A DNA stretch of 64,000 nt from Planctomycetota bacterium. GTDB lineage: Bacteria > Planctomycetota > Brocadiia > CAIUPP01. Positions 1 through 8,741 of the stretch are shown here, piece after piece. Where the stretch lies: positions 24,980 through 88,979 of the forward strand of contig JAKJEM010000008.1 of NCBI GenBank assembly GCA_022705425.1, read 5' to 3'. A program made the position numbers and the translations under genes. Under the pieces are notes generated by a model that saw only the letters and a list, made by a program, of their open reading frames with translations, was not told the origin of the DNA and did no database searches. Within the stretch, counting starts at the first letter, position 1. The number at the start of each line of letters is the position of its first letter.

Positions 1-144
1 GTTGCGGATGTTCGCAGAACGCTGGAGGTCATGATGCCCGGCGGCGGCTACGCCCTGGCACCCACGCACCAGCTCCAGGACAACTCGCCGACGGAGAACG
101 TTGTGGCGATGTACGAAGCGGCCTGGGCAAATGGGAAGTACTGA
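1..144 (+). CDS. 3' end (C-terminal about 47 aa) of a uroporphyrinogen-decarboxylase (URO-D) family methyltransferase-like protein; 5' part lies outside the window
   Basis: Frame-1 translation ...GGGYALAPTHQLQDNSPTENVVAMYEAAWANGKY ends at TGA 142-144. This resembles the conserved C-termini of URO-D/MtaA-family proteins. Not in the ORF track because it is partial and short. Confidence 0.45.
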   Translation, partial: VADVRRTLEVMMPGGGYALAPTHQLQDNSPTENVVAMYEAAWANGKY

Positions 145-198
145 CGCGGGGAGCGCCGGAACGCCCGGAGCTTCTCCGGCAACCCTGGCGGGGCACAT

Positions 199-227
199 TT
201 GACATGGCGAAGCGTGTGCTATATACT
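199..227 (+). promoter_or_regulatory. sigma70-like promoter (TTGACA - 17 nt - TATACT) upstream of the RND efflux operon
   Basis: Read directly: ttgaca at about 199-204, 17-nt spacer, tatact at about 222-227. A GAAAGG RBS lies about 8 nt before the ATG at 297. Confidence 0.5.
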
Positions 228-296
228 GTGAGTTCATATTCACGAAATGAGCCTGGCCTCTTGGCGAGGCGCTTGAATGGGTGAAAGGTCACGATC

Positions 297-1457
297 ATGT
301 CCGATGCCGTTGCGCCACGGAAGAGCGTCCTGGCGCGCGTTCCCACACCGTTGCTCATCATCATCGGCACGTTGACAGCCATCGCGCTGGCGGCGGTGCT
401 GTCCCATCTCTTCCGTCGTCCCCCGGCCCCGCCGTCTGAGCCGCCGCCGGTGAACGTCCGCGTCATGACGATTCGCCCTGAAGGGAAGGTGGCCGACACG
501 ATGGATCTTCCGGCTGTAGTCGAGCCCAATCGCGTAGTGCGCGTGGCGGCCGAGGTCTCCGGACGTGTGGAGAAGCTGCACTTGGACGACGGGGCAACGG
601 TCTCCCGGGGTGACGCCATCCTGGAACTCAACACGGATATTCTTCGCGCGGAGCATGATCGCGCAGTGGCGCAGCAGCAGTTTGACAAGGCCGAGGTGGA
701 ACGGATCGGCAAGTTGCTGACGGGGGGGGCCTCGACGGAGCGCCAGCGCGATGAAGCCGTCGCGCGGCTGAGCATCAGCGCGGCCTCGGCGGCGCAGACG
801 AAGGCGCTCTTGGATCGTTCGCGCATTCTGGCGCCGATCAGCGGCGTCATCAACCGCGTCAGCGTCGAGAAGGGGGAATACGTCCAGCCGGGGACGATCA
901 TCGCCGATATTGTGGATACGGCGGTGGTCAAGGTGGCCGTGGACCTTCCGGAACGCGATACCCCCTTCATTCGACTGGAGGACGTCGGACAGGTGCAGGC
1001 CCAGGTTCGGGGGGAGATGCGCGAGTTTCCGGGACGCGTGACCTTCCTGAGCGCCTTGGCCGACGCGCAGACGCGCGTCAGCCGTTGCGAACTGACCGTG
1101 GATAACCGTGACGGGCTTCTGCGTTGCGGTCAGATTGTGCGCGTGCGCCTGGTGCGGCGCACACTCGACCACGCGATACTGGCGCCGTTGCTGTCGGTGA
1201 TCCCGATGGAGGAAGGGAAGATCGTTTACGTCGTCGAGGGCGATGTCGCCCGCCAGCGTCCGGTGACGTTGGGGCTCCTGCGCGGACGCGACGTGCAGAT
1301 CACCTCGGGACTTGAAGCCGGCGACCGTCTGATCGTGGCGGGGCATCGTTTTGTGGGGGCCGGGCAGCGCGTCAAGGTCGTGGGAGAGGACGGGCCCGAT
1401 GCGACAGTCGCCGCCTCGGCGGCGACGGACCCGGGCGCCGCGCGGGCGGGCAACTGA
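297..1457 (+). CDS. RND efflux transporter periplasmic adaptor (membrane fusion protein, HlyD family)
   Basis: 386-aa ORF with an N-terminal TM helix, coiled-coil region and beta-barrel/lipoyl-like motifs typical of MFPs. Lies immediately upstream of the RND pump gene with a few bp between them. Confidence 0.8.
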   Translation: MSDAVAPRKSVLARVPTPLLIIIGTLTAIALAAVLSHLFRRPPAPPSEPPPVNVRVMTIRPEGKVADTMDLPAVVEPNRVVRVAAEVSGRVEKLHLDDGATVSRGDAILELNTDILRAEHDRAVAQQQFDKAEVERIGKLLTGGASTERQRDEAVARLSISAASAAQTKALLDRSRILAPISGVINRVSVEKGEYVQPGTIIADIVDTAVVKVAVDLPERDTPFIRLEDVGQVQAQVRGEMREFPGRVTFLSALADAQTRVSRCELTVDNRDGLLRCGQIVRVRLVRRTLDHAILAPLLSVIPMEEGKIVYVVEGDVARQRPVTLGLLRGRDVQITSGLEAGDRLIVAGHRFVGAGQRVKVVGEDGPDATVAASAATDPGAARAGN

Positions 1458-1464
1458 GGACGCC

Positions 1465-4400
1465 ATGATCATCAGCGACATGGCCGTTCGGAACCGCACC
1501 ACGGTGATGGTCCTCGTCCTGATCATCATCCTCCTGGGGATTTCCAGCTATCTCAGCCTGCCCCGGGAAGCGCAGCCGGACGTGCCCATCCCCATCGTGC
1601 TGGTCTCCGTTTCCTACGAGGGCGTCTCGCCCGAGGACATGGAGACCTCCGTCACGTTGAAGCTGGAGAAGGAACTCACCGGGCTGAAGGGGCTGAAGGA
1701 GCTTCGCTCGAAGAGCGCGGAGGGTATCTCGATGATCATCATCGAGTTCATGCCCGACGTGGTCATTGACGACGCGCTGCAATACGTCCGCGCGCGCGTG
1801 GACCGCGCCAAGGGGGAACTGCCCGCCGACGCCAAGGAGCCGGTGATCCAGGAGATCAACATCGCCGAGTTCCCCGTGATCTACGTGAACATCTCCGGCG
1901 ACGCCTCGGCCGTGCGGATGAAGCAGATTGCCAAGGACCTGGAGGACGCAATCGAGTCGGTCCCCGGCGTGCTCAACGTGCAGGTTCAGGGCGCATTGGA
2001 GCGGGAAATCCGTCTGGAGATTGACCTCGACCGCGTGGCAGCCTACGACCTGACGATTCCGGATATCCTCAAGTTGATTCCCTCGGAGAACGTCAACATC
2101 TCGGCGGGCGGCCTGGAGACCGACGGCACGAAGTTCAACGTCCGCATCCCGGCGGAGTTTGTTGAACCCGAAGAGGTGGACCACCTGCTCCTGACCGTGC
2201 GAAACGGGAAACCGATCTACCTGACGGACGTCGCGCGCGTGCGCGACACCTTCAAGGACCGGGCGGGCTTTTCGCGCCTCGACGGGCAGGACGCCGTGAC
2301 GCTGAGCATCCAGAAGCGCGTCGGCGAGAACGCCGTGGCGCTCTCCGACCGCATCCGCGTCATCGTCGAGGCCGCTCGGCTGCAGGCCCCCAAGGGAGTC
2401 AAGTTCGAAGTCACTTACGACATGGCCAAGTATGTCCGGGACATGGTCTCCGACCTCGAGAATAACATCGCTGCGGCGCTCATTCTGGTGATGCTCGTGC
2501 TGGTGATCTTCATGACGTGGCAGAGCAGCCTGATCGTGGCCCTCATCATTCCCCTGAGCATGTTGATCAGCTTCGCCGTGATCCAGGCCCTCGGCTACAC
2601 CCTGAACATGATCGTGCTCTTCTCGCTGGTGCTGGGGTTGGGGATGCTGGTGGACAACGCCATCGTCATCGTGGAGAACATCTACCGACACATGCAGATG
2701 GGGCACCCGCGGATACAGGCGGCCATCCTGGGGACGCGCGAGGTGGCCTGGCCGGTAACGACCTCGACGATGACCACCGTGGCCGCCTTCCTGCCGATGA
2801 TGTTCTGGCCCGGCATCATGGGCGACTTCATGAAGTACCTGCCGATCACCCTGACGATCACCCTCCTGAGTTCCCTGGCCGTGGCGCTGGTGGTGAACCC
2901 GACGGTGACGGGCATGTTCGCACACCGGGATCCGCCCAAGCACGACCGCTCGCACTGGTTTATGGACGGGTACCGGCGTCTGCTGACACGCGCGCTCACC
3001 CATCGGGCCGCGACGCTGACGCTGGCCGTCTGTACGCTCGTCTTCATGGTCACGCTCTACAGCCTCTTCGGCAAGGGGGTGGAGTTCTTCCCGGACATTG
3101 ACCCCGACCGGGTCATGGTGGACATCCGCTTCCCTCAGGGAACGAACGTGCGGGAGACCGACCGGATGGCGCGCGAGGTCGAGCGGCGCATCGAGCCCTA
3201 TCGGAAGGACTTCAAGCACGTCATCACGACGGTGGGAACCGCGTCGGCGGAGGACATGGGCGGCAGCGACTCCGGACCCCACACGGCCACGGTGACGATG
3301 GTCTTTCACGATTACGAAGTGCGCCCGCGCCCCTCGCGCGAGGTCATGGCCGCCGTGCGCCGGGACTTGGCCGACCTGGCCGGCGCGGAGATCAAGGTCC
3401 AGAAGGAACGCGAGGGGCCGCCGACGGGGGCGCCCGTGACCGTGCGCATCGTCGGCAAGGACCTCCGCGTGCTGGAAGACCTCAGCAAGAAGGCCGCTGC
3501 CGCCATCGCCGGCACGCCCGGTCTGGTGAATCTGCGCAGCGACCTCGAAGCCACGCGTCCGGAGATCGTCTTCCACGTGGACCGGCGCCGTGCCGCCCTC
3601 GCCGGCGTCAGCACGGCGACCGTGGGCAACTACATCAAGACCGCCGTCTTCGGAAACAAAGTGGGCACCTATCGCGATTTCAACGAGGAGTATGACATCA
3701 CCGTCCGTCTCCCGCTGGAACAGCGCGTCCGGATCGAGGACCTCTACCGCCTTCGCGTGCCGAACAACGAGGGCAAGTCCGTGCCCCTGAGTTCCCTCGG
3801 CGAGTTCGACTACCGGGGCGGCTTTGGAACAATCAACCGCGTCAATCAGAAGCGCGTCGTCACCCTGACCGGCGACGCCGAAGGCCGCCTGGGCCCCGAG
3901 GTCCTTCGCGACGCCCAGGCCCGATTGGCCAGGCTCGATCTGCCGCCGGGATACGAGATTCGGTACGCCGGAGAGAAGGAGGAGGAGGACAAGGCGCGGG
4001 CCTTCCTCAGCAAGGCCTTCGTCATCGCCTGCCTGCTCATCGTGCTGATCCTGGTGGCGCAGTTCAATTCGCTGGTCGTTCCGGTCGTCATCATGATCAC
4101 GGTGATCCTCTCCATCGTCGGCGGTCTGCTCGGCCTGATCGTCTGCCGCCTGCCCTTCGGGATCATCATGAGCGGCATCGGCTTCATCAGCCTGGCCGGG
4201 GTGGTGGTCAACAACGCCATCGTCCTGCTGGCCTACACCCGTCAGCTCCAGGCGCGGGGCATGGACATCGTGTCCGCATCGGTGGAGGCGGGGCAGACAC
4301 GGTTGCGCCCCGTGACACTCACAGCGCTGACGACGGTGATCGGTTTGCTGCCGATGGCGGTGGGAATCTCCTACGACTTCCACACCATGGAATGGGCGAC

Positions 4401-4602
4401 GCGCAGCATGTCCACGGAGTGGTGGCGCAACATGTCCGTCATCGTGATCTTCGGCCTGGGGGTTGCCACGATCCTGACGCTGGTGGTCGTGCCCACGCTG
4501 TACATCATCCTGTACAACGCCACGGCGCGTTGGCGCGGACCGGAAGAGGACATGGACGCGGGCGAAGCGCCGGTCCCGTCGGATCAGGCGAAGACGCGGT
4601 AG
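1465..4602 (+). CDS. RND efflux transporter permease (AcrB/CzcA-like, about 1046 aa)
   Basis: The track ORF 1351..4602 contains an in-frame ATG at 1465 (MIISDMAVRNRTTV...) just after the MFP stop. Twelve-TM RND architecture with two large periplasmic loops and conserved AcrB-like blocks (GxSxxxIIEF, VVNNAIV). Confidence 0.88.
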   Translation: MIISDMAVRNRTTVMVLVLIIILLGISSYLSLPREAQPDVPIPIVLVSVSYEGVSPEDMETSVTLKLEKELTGLKGLKELRSKSAEGISMIIIEFMPDVVIDDALQYVRARVDRAKGELPADAKEPVIQEINIAEFPVIYVNISGDASAVRMKQIAKDLEDAIESVPGVLNVQVQGALEREIRLEIDLDRVAAYDLTIPDILKLIPSENVNISAGGLETDGTKFNVRIPAEFVEPEEVDHLLLTVRNGKPIYLTDVARVRDTFKDRAGFSRLDGQDAVTLSIQKRVGENAVALSDRIRVIVEAARLQAPKGVKFEVTYDMAKYVRDMVSDLENNIAAALILVMLVLVIFMTWQSSLIVALIIPLSMLISFAVIQALGYTLNMIVLFSLVLGLGMLVDNAIVIVENIYRHMQMGHPRIQAAILGTREVAWPVTTSTMTTVAAFLPMMFWPGIMGDFMKYLPITLTITLLSSLAVALVVNPTVTGMFAHRDPPKHDRSHWFMDGYRRLLTRALTHRAATLTLAVCTLVFMVTLYSLFGKGVEFFPDIDPDRVMVDIRFPQGTNVRETDRMAREVERRIEPYRKDFKHVITTVGTASAEDMGGSDSGPHTATVTMVFHDYEVRPRPSREVMAAVRRDLADLAGAEIKVQKEREGPPTGAPVTVRIVGKDLRVLEDLSKKAAAAIAGTPGLVNLRSDLEATRPEIVFHVDRRRAALAGVSTATVGNYIKTAVFGNKVGTYRDFNEEYDITVRLPLEQRVRIEDLYRLRVPNNEGKSVPLSSLGEFDYRGGFGTINRVNQKRVVTLTGDAEGRLGPEVLRDAQARLARLDLPPGYEIRYAGEKEEEDKARAFLSKAFVIACLLIVLILVAQFNSLVVPVVIMITVILSIVGGLLGLIVCRLPFGIIMSGIGFISLAGVVVNNAIVLLAYTRQLQARGMDIVSASVEAGQTRLRPVTLTALTTVIGLLPMAVGISYDFHTMEWATRSMSTEWWRNMSVIVIFGLGVATILTLVVVPTLYIILYNATARWRGPEEDMDAGEAPVPSDQAKTR

Positions 4603-6170
4603 TCCAGATCGGCAAAGAGGGGTGCGGCCTCCTGGAAACGCTTCAGGCGGGCCGGGTTCACCCGTCCGTTGAGGAGCATCTGGCGCAGTTCGGCAAAACG
4701 CCGCAGATGGTCGCGCGTTCGCTGTTCCGCATAGGCGGCGGAGGGGCCGGAGGTCATCAGGAACGCCCAGTCGCTGCTCTGGGCCAGAAGCAACTCGCGG
4801 GCGGCCTGATTGAGGGCGTTACGCTGCGGCGCGGTGGCGCCTTCGCGGTATTGCGCCGCCAGTTCGCCCATGCGCTCCTCGGCCCAGTGCAGGTGGCGGT
4901 AAACCCAGTCGTTCGCGCCGTTCAGCCAGACCTCCAGGTGACCCTTGTGCCCCCAGGTTGAGGCGCCGGGGACGGCGGCGTGTTCGGGTGGTCCCTTGGC
5001 CAGGCACTCGCTCAGGGTGGCGACAAAGAAGTCGTCGCGGGCGAACTGGGCCGATCGAAAGACCCCTTCCAGGAACTCCGGACCTTCGTACCACCAGTGG
5101 CCGAAGAGCTCGGCGTCATACGGAGCGACGATGACCGGCGGACGCGGCAGCGCGGCCTTGAGGCGGCGGCACTGCTGCTGGCGGGCGAAAACGAAGTGGG
5201 CGGCGTGCTCGCCGGCCCGGCGTTCGGCCGCCGCGCGGTCGTAGGGGGCCTTGGCGTCGAGAGCTACGCGACCGGTCACCCGATGGTACTTGATCCCGGT
5301 GTTTCGACGCACACCGTCCTCGTGGAGATGGGGACGAATGTAGTCGTAATCGGCGTCATGCCCGAGGTCGCGATAGAACTCCCGGTAGGCCCCGTCGCCG
5401 GGATAGCCTTCGGTGGCACTCCAGACCTGTCTAGCGGTCTCCGGGTCGCGCCCGAAGACCGCCGGACCCGCGGGAGAACGCGCGGGCGCATAGACGCCGC
5501 ACGGCGGGGTCGGCAGCGCGTTCCGCAAGCCGTGCGTGTCCACCACGAAGTAGCGCAGTCCCGCGTCAGCAAGGGCATCGTCGAGTCCGGGGCGGTAACC
5601 GCACTCCGGCAGCCATATCCCATATGGACGTCGTCCGAAGTGTCGGGTGGTCGTTTCCAGTCCGATCTCGATCTGCGCGCGGAGGCCGTTGGGCGTCCGA
5701 AGAAGCGGGAGCAATGCATGTGTGGCGGCGCAGGTCGCGATCTCGACGCAGCCGGCATTCTGCATCTCTCGCAGCGGCTCGACAAGGTTGCCGCTCCAGC
5801 GGCGCGTGAAGGCATCGTGCACGCCGTGGAAGCGCTCCACGTAGTGCCGGGCGACGCTGCGGAGTTCGCGGGAGAGGTTCGGGCGTTGGGCCTCGCGCTC
5901 CGCAAGCACAATCCGGCGCAGGAGATAGTCCGCGCAACGCTGTTGCAGCAGGGGGTTCGCGAACATCTCCAGAAGGGTGGGCGACACCGAAAGGGTCAGC
6001 CGGAAGGGGACGCCGTCGCGGCGCAGGCGCTCCCAGGAGAACACCAGAGGCGCATAGGTCTCCGCCACGGCCTCGAAGAGCCACTCTTCCTCGATATGCC
6101 GCCGGTGCTCGGGATGGCAGATGAAAGGGAGGTGCGCATGAAGGAGAATAGCCAGGTGAGCGTTAGTCAT
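4584..6170 (-). CDS. GH57-family alpha-glucan branching enzyme / alpha-amylase-like protein
   Basis: N-terminus MTNAHLAILLHAHLPF matches the GH57 signature (HxHLP motif), and the 528-aa length fits. Sits in a glgC-DUF4912-GH57 arrangement. Its 3' end overlaps the convergent RND gene by 19 bp. Confidence 0.8.
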   Translation of the reverse strand: MTNAHLAILLHAHLPFICHPEHRRHIEEEWLFEAVAETYAPLVFSWERLRRDGVPFRLTLSVSPTLLEMFANPLLQQRCADYLLRRIVLAEREAQRPNLSRELRSVARHYVERFHGVHDAFTRRWSGNLVEPLREMQNAGCVEIATCAATHALLPLLRTPNGLRAQIEIGLETTTRHFGRRPYGIWLPECGYRPGLDDALADAGLRYFVVDTHGLRNALPTPPCGVYAPARSPAGPAVFGRDPETARQVWSATEGYPGDGAYREFYRDLGHDADYDYIRPHLHEDGVRRNTGIKYHRVTGRVALDAKAPYDRAAAERRAGEHAAHFVFARQQQCRRLKAALPRPPVIVAPYDAELFGHWWYEGPEFLEGVFRSAQFARDDFFVATLSECLAKGPPEHAAVPGASTWGHKGHLEVWLNGANDWVYRHLHWAEERMGELAAQYREGATAPQRNALNQAARELLLAQSSDWAFLMTSGPSAAYAEQRTRDHLRRFAELRQMLLNGRVNPARLKRFQEAAPLFADLDYRVFA

Positions 6171-6179
6171 CGGCGGGCC

Positions 6180-7013
6180 TCACGGGCGGTCTCCCTGCGC
6201 ATAGTCCGACGCGAAAATGCGCTCGGCGGGCGGCGGAACGGGAATCGGCGGCGGCGCCGGGGGCCGGCTGTGCCGAGTGCGCGCTCCGGTCGCTGACACA
6301 ACGCCCGAATCCGACGCAGTCGCGTACGGGGCGACGGCGGGCGCGGGAATGGCTTCGACCGGAGATCGCGGAGTGGGTTCCAGCTCGAAAGCGCGCGGTC
6401 TGGCCCAGGACGGCGATGGGATGCCGCCATCGGGGATGGGCGTTGCCGGCGGCGTCAGCGGTCCTACGCCTGCGGCGCGCGGAAAGAGGGGCATTTGCGG
6501 AGGCAGCGCGCGCGTCGGGCGTCGCACTTCGGGGAGGGGGGACTCCGGCGGTGGTCTCTGAAGGGCGTCGTCGGCGCCTTGGCGGGGTGTCGCAACGTCT
6601 TGCGAACAGGCCAGGGGACGCCATTCCCCCGAGGGTTCCCGCATCAGCAGTTCAAAGCGATAGACGCGTTCCGGGGAGACCTGGAAGTACCAACTGTCGG
6701 CGTCCACCGACGGATGGAACTCGAAGGAGAGCGCGTCGGTGACGCAGTGAATGCGGATCATGAGCGGAGCGGCGGCAATGCGGACATCGCTGGCCACGTC
6801 CCAGTAGATGAAAATGTGCGCCGGGTCGCGCGCAATGGCAACGATGCGGTTCTCGTCGTAGGCCGCTGACCGGGGCGCGCCCTTCTTCGGCGAAGCCTTC
6901 GCGGCGGCCCTGGCGCGGCGCGGTTCCGAACGTCGGTCGGCGAACGGCGTCTTCCGCCGGCGCGAAGAACGGCGCGGAGCGGGAGAGGCCGGCGGGGTTT
7001 TCTTCCTGGCCAT
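6180..7013 (-). CDS. DUF4912-domain protein with a proline-rich C-terminal tail
   Basis: Conserved block ENRIVAIARDPAHIFIYWDV is typical of DUF4912 proteins, which commonly neighbour GH57 genes. Its start lies 5 nt after the glgC stop, indicating translational coupling. Confidence 0.65.
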   Translation of the reverse strand: MARKKTPPASPAPRRSSRRRKTPFADRRSEPRRARAAAKASPKKGAPRSAAYDENRIVAIARDPAHIFIYWDVASDVRIAAAPLMIRIHCVTDALSFEFHPSVDADSWYFQVSPERVYRFELLMREPSGEWRPLACSQDVATPRQGADDALQRPPPESPLPEVRRPTRALPPQMPLFPRAAGVGPLTPPATPIPDGGIPSPSWARPRAFELEPTPRSPVEAIPAPAVAPYATASDSGVVSATGARTRHSRPPAPPPIPVPPPAERIFASDYAQGDRP

Positions 7014-7018
7014 CCCGG

Positions 7019-8284
7019 TCAGGACCGCCAGAAATCTTCAGTCATGGGAACGCCCTTGGGAATAACAACGATGCCGCTCTCCGTGACGGTAAACTTGCGG
7101 CGGTCGGCGCTGTGGTCGTAACCGACGTGCGCGCCGGCGGGTATCACAACGCCCTTGTCCACGATCGCGCGGCGCACACGCGCCCCCTCGCCGACGAAGA
7201 CCTGATCCATCAGGATCGAGTCCTCGACGTGCGCCCAGGTCTCCACCCGCACGCGCGGAGAGAGGACGCTGTTGACGACGTGCCCGCCCGCGATGATGCA
7301 GCCGTGGGACACGATGGAACTCGTGGCGGTTCCCTTGCGTCCGCCGGCTTCGTCGAAGACGAACTTCGCCGGGGGGCACTGATGGTGGAAGGTGCGGATG
7401 GGCCAGTCCTCGTCGTAGAGATTGAAGAGCGGGTCCACGGACACGAGGTCCATGTTGGCCTGATAGTAGGCGTCGAGCGTTCCGATGTCGCGCCAGTACT
7501 TCACCGCCTTGCGGTTCTGGTCAATGAAGGGGAAGGCATAGACGGGCCGGTCGTGCATGACGCGCGGAAGGATGTCGCGCCCGAAGTCGTGGGTCGTGTC
7601 GCGCTTGGAGTCCTCGGACACGAGTTGAACGAGGGGCTTGATGCTGAAGATGTAGATGCCCATGCTGGCCAGGCAGTGCCGGGGATCGTTGGGAAGATGC
7701 TTGGGGTGCTGGGGCTTTTCCTCGAAGCCGCGAATGCGCCAGGCGTCGTCCACCTCGACCACGCCGAAACGCTTGCCGTCGGCGATGGGCGTATCAACGC
7801 ACGCCACGGTAATGTCCGCGCCGTTCTGCACGTGAAAGCGCAGCATGTCCATGTAGTTCATCTTGTACAGGTGGTCGCCGGCGAGGACGACGACGTACTC
7901 CGGACGCTCCTGTTCCAGAGTGTAGATGTTCTGATAGATGGCGTCGGCCGTTCCCAGGTACCAGCGCTCGCCGATCCGCTGCTGCGGCGGGATGGGGACG
8001 ATGTACTCCCCGATGGACTCGTCGAAGCTCCCCCAGGCCAGGCGCAGATGGCGGTCGAGGGAGTAGGACTTGTACTGGGTGAGGACGCAGGCGCGCCGCA
8101 GGCCGCTGTTGACGCAGTTGCTCAGGGTGAAGTCAATGATGCGATAGACCCCGCCGAAGGGGACAGCGGGTTTAGCGCGGTCGCGGGTGAGGGGGTAGAG
8201 GCGCTCCCCCTGGCCGCCGCCGAGGATGATGGCCAACGTGTCGCGGGCGAGCTTCTGCTCGTTGACGGCCACGGGGGAATTCAT
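7019..8284 (-). CDS. glgC: glucose-1-phosphate adenylyltransferase
   Basis: 421 aa with motifs ILGGGQGERLYPLT, PAVPFGG and a C-terminal left-handed beta-helix region. A GGAGAGG RBS lies about 8 nt upstream of the ATG. Confidence 0.9.
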   Translation of the reverse strand: MNSPVAVNEQKLARDTLAIILGGGQGERLYPLTRDRAKPAVPFGGVYRIIDFTLSNCVNSGLRRACVLTQYKSYSLDRHLRLAWGSFDESIGEYIVPIPPQQRIGERWYLGTADAIYQNIYTLEQERPEYVVVLAGDHLYKMNYMDMLRFHVQNGADITVACVDTPIADGKRFGVVEVDDAWRIRGFEEKPQHPKHLPNDPRHCLASMGIYIFSIKPLVQLVSEDSKRDTTHDFGRDILPRVMHDRPVYAFPFIDQNRKAVKYWRDIGTLDAYYQANMDLVSVDPLFNLYDEDWPIRTFHHQCPPAKFVFDEAGGRKGTATSSIVSHGCIIAGGHVVNSVLSPRVRVETWAHVEDSILMDQVFVGEGARVRRAIVDKGVVIPAGAHVGYDHSADRRKFTVTESGIVVIPKGVPMTEDFWRS

Positions 8285-8351
8285 GTCGAACCCTCTCCCT
8301 GATTGGACCTTCCCGTCACTTCCCTCCGCCTCCGGTTCCGCCGGGGCGGAC

Positions 8352-8729
8352 TCATTCCGACGCGCGATCCTGGCGGCGTGCGGCGAGCACCCGCTGGACC
8401 GCGGCCTTCAGTTCACCCAGGTCGGACGATTTGACGACGTAGGCGTCGGCCGCCCAGGCGCGGAAGTTCTCCTTGTACGTGGCGTAGGCGGTGTTAAGAA
8501 TGATCGGCAGCTTGTGGTCATGAGCCAGCATCCGGCTCATGCACTCGATGCCATCCATGCCGGGCATGCTGACGTCCATCACCACCAAGTCCGGACGCTG
8601 CCGCTCGATGGCCGCCAAGGCTTCCTTGCCGTCATGAGCCGTCTCTACCTCATAACCCTCGGCGGCGAGTTCTTCGGCGTAAAGATGGCACTGATTCACG
8701 TCGTCCTCGACGATGAGAATCCTGGGCAT
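8352..8729 (-). CDS. stand-alone response-regulator receiver domain protein (CheY-like)
   Basis: 125 aa; MPRILIVEDD..DLVVMDVSMPGMDG..K carries the phospho-acceptor Asp and a conserved Lys. A GGAGG RBS is present. Confidence 0.8.
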   Translation of the reverse strand: MPRILIVEDDVNQCHLYAEELAAEGYEVETAHDGKEALAAIERQRPDLVVMDVSMPGMDGIECMSRMLAHDHKLPIILNTAYATYKENFRAWAADAYVVKSSDLGELKAAVQRVLAARRQDRASE

Positions 8730-8741
8730 GATCGCCTCCTG

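Noticed and set aside
1372-4383. 1003-aa minus-strand ORF antisense to the RND pump gene. Similar long antisense ORFs: 29..970(-), 240..1529(-), 4980..6296(+), 7112..8302(+), 8226..9761(+), 9855..11984(+), 12058..13344(+), 14012..15676(-), 16988..18283(+), 18177..20006(+), 20423..21706(+), 21837..24119(+), 23767..25608(+), 27676..28920(+), 31458..35138(+), 34804..37155(+), 39228..40109(+), 41801..43360(+), 43562..45097(+), 44673..46043(+), 47398..48795(-), 50805..52682(+), 53795..55222(+), 57394..58632(+), 58643..60547(-), 60668..61996(-).
   Set aside because: Their translations are Arg/Pro/Gly/Ala-rich low-complexity strings with no recognisable motifs. They lie opposite ORFs with clear family signatures. 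High-GC genomes routinely produce such shadow ORFs.
8285-8351. Intergenic 67 bp between glgC and the receiver gene, as a possible promoter for glgC.
   Set aside because: Only a purine-rich RBS for glgC is evident. No -35/-10 pair with sensible spacing, so glgC is probably co-transcribed from upstream.
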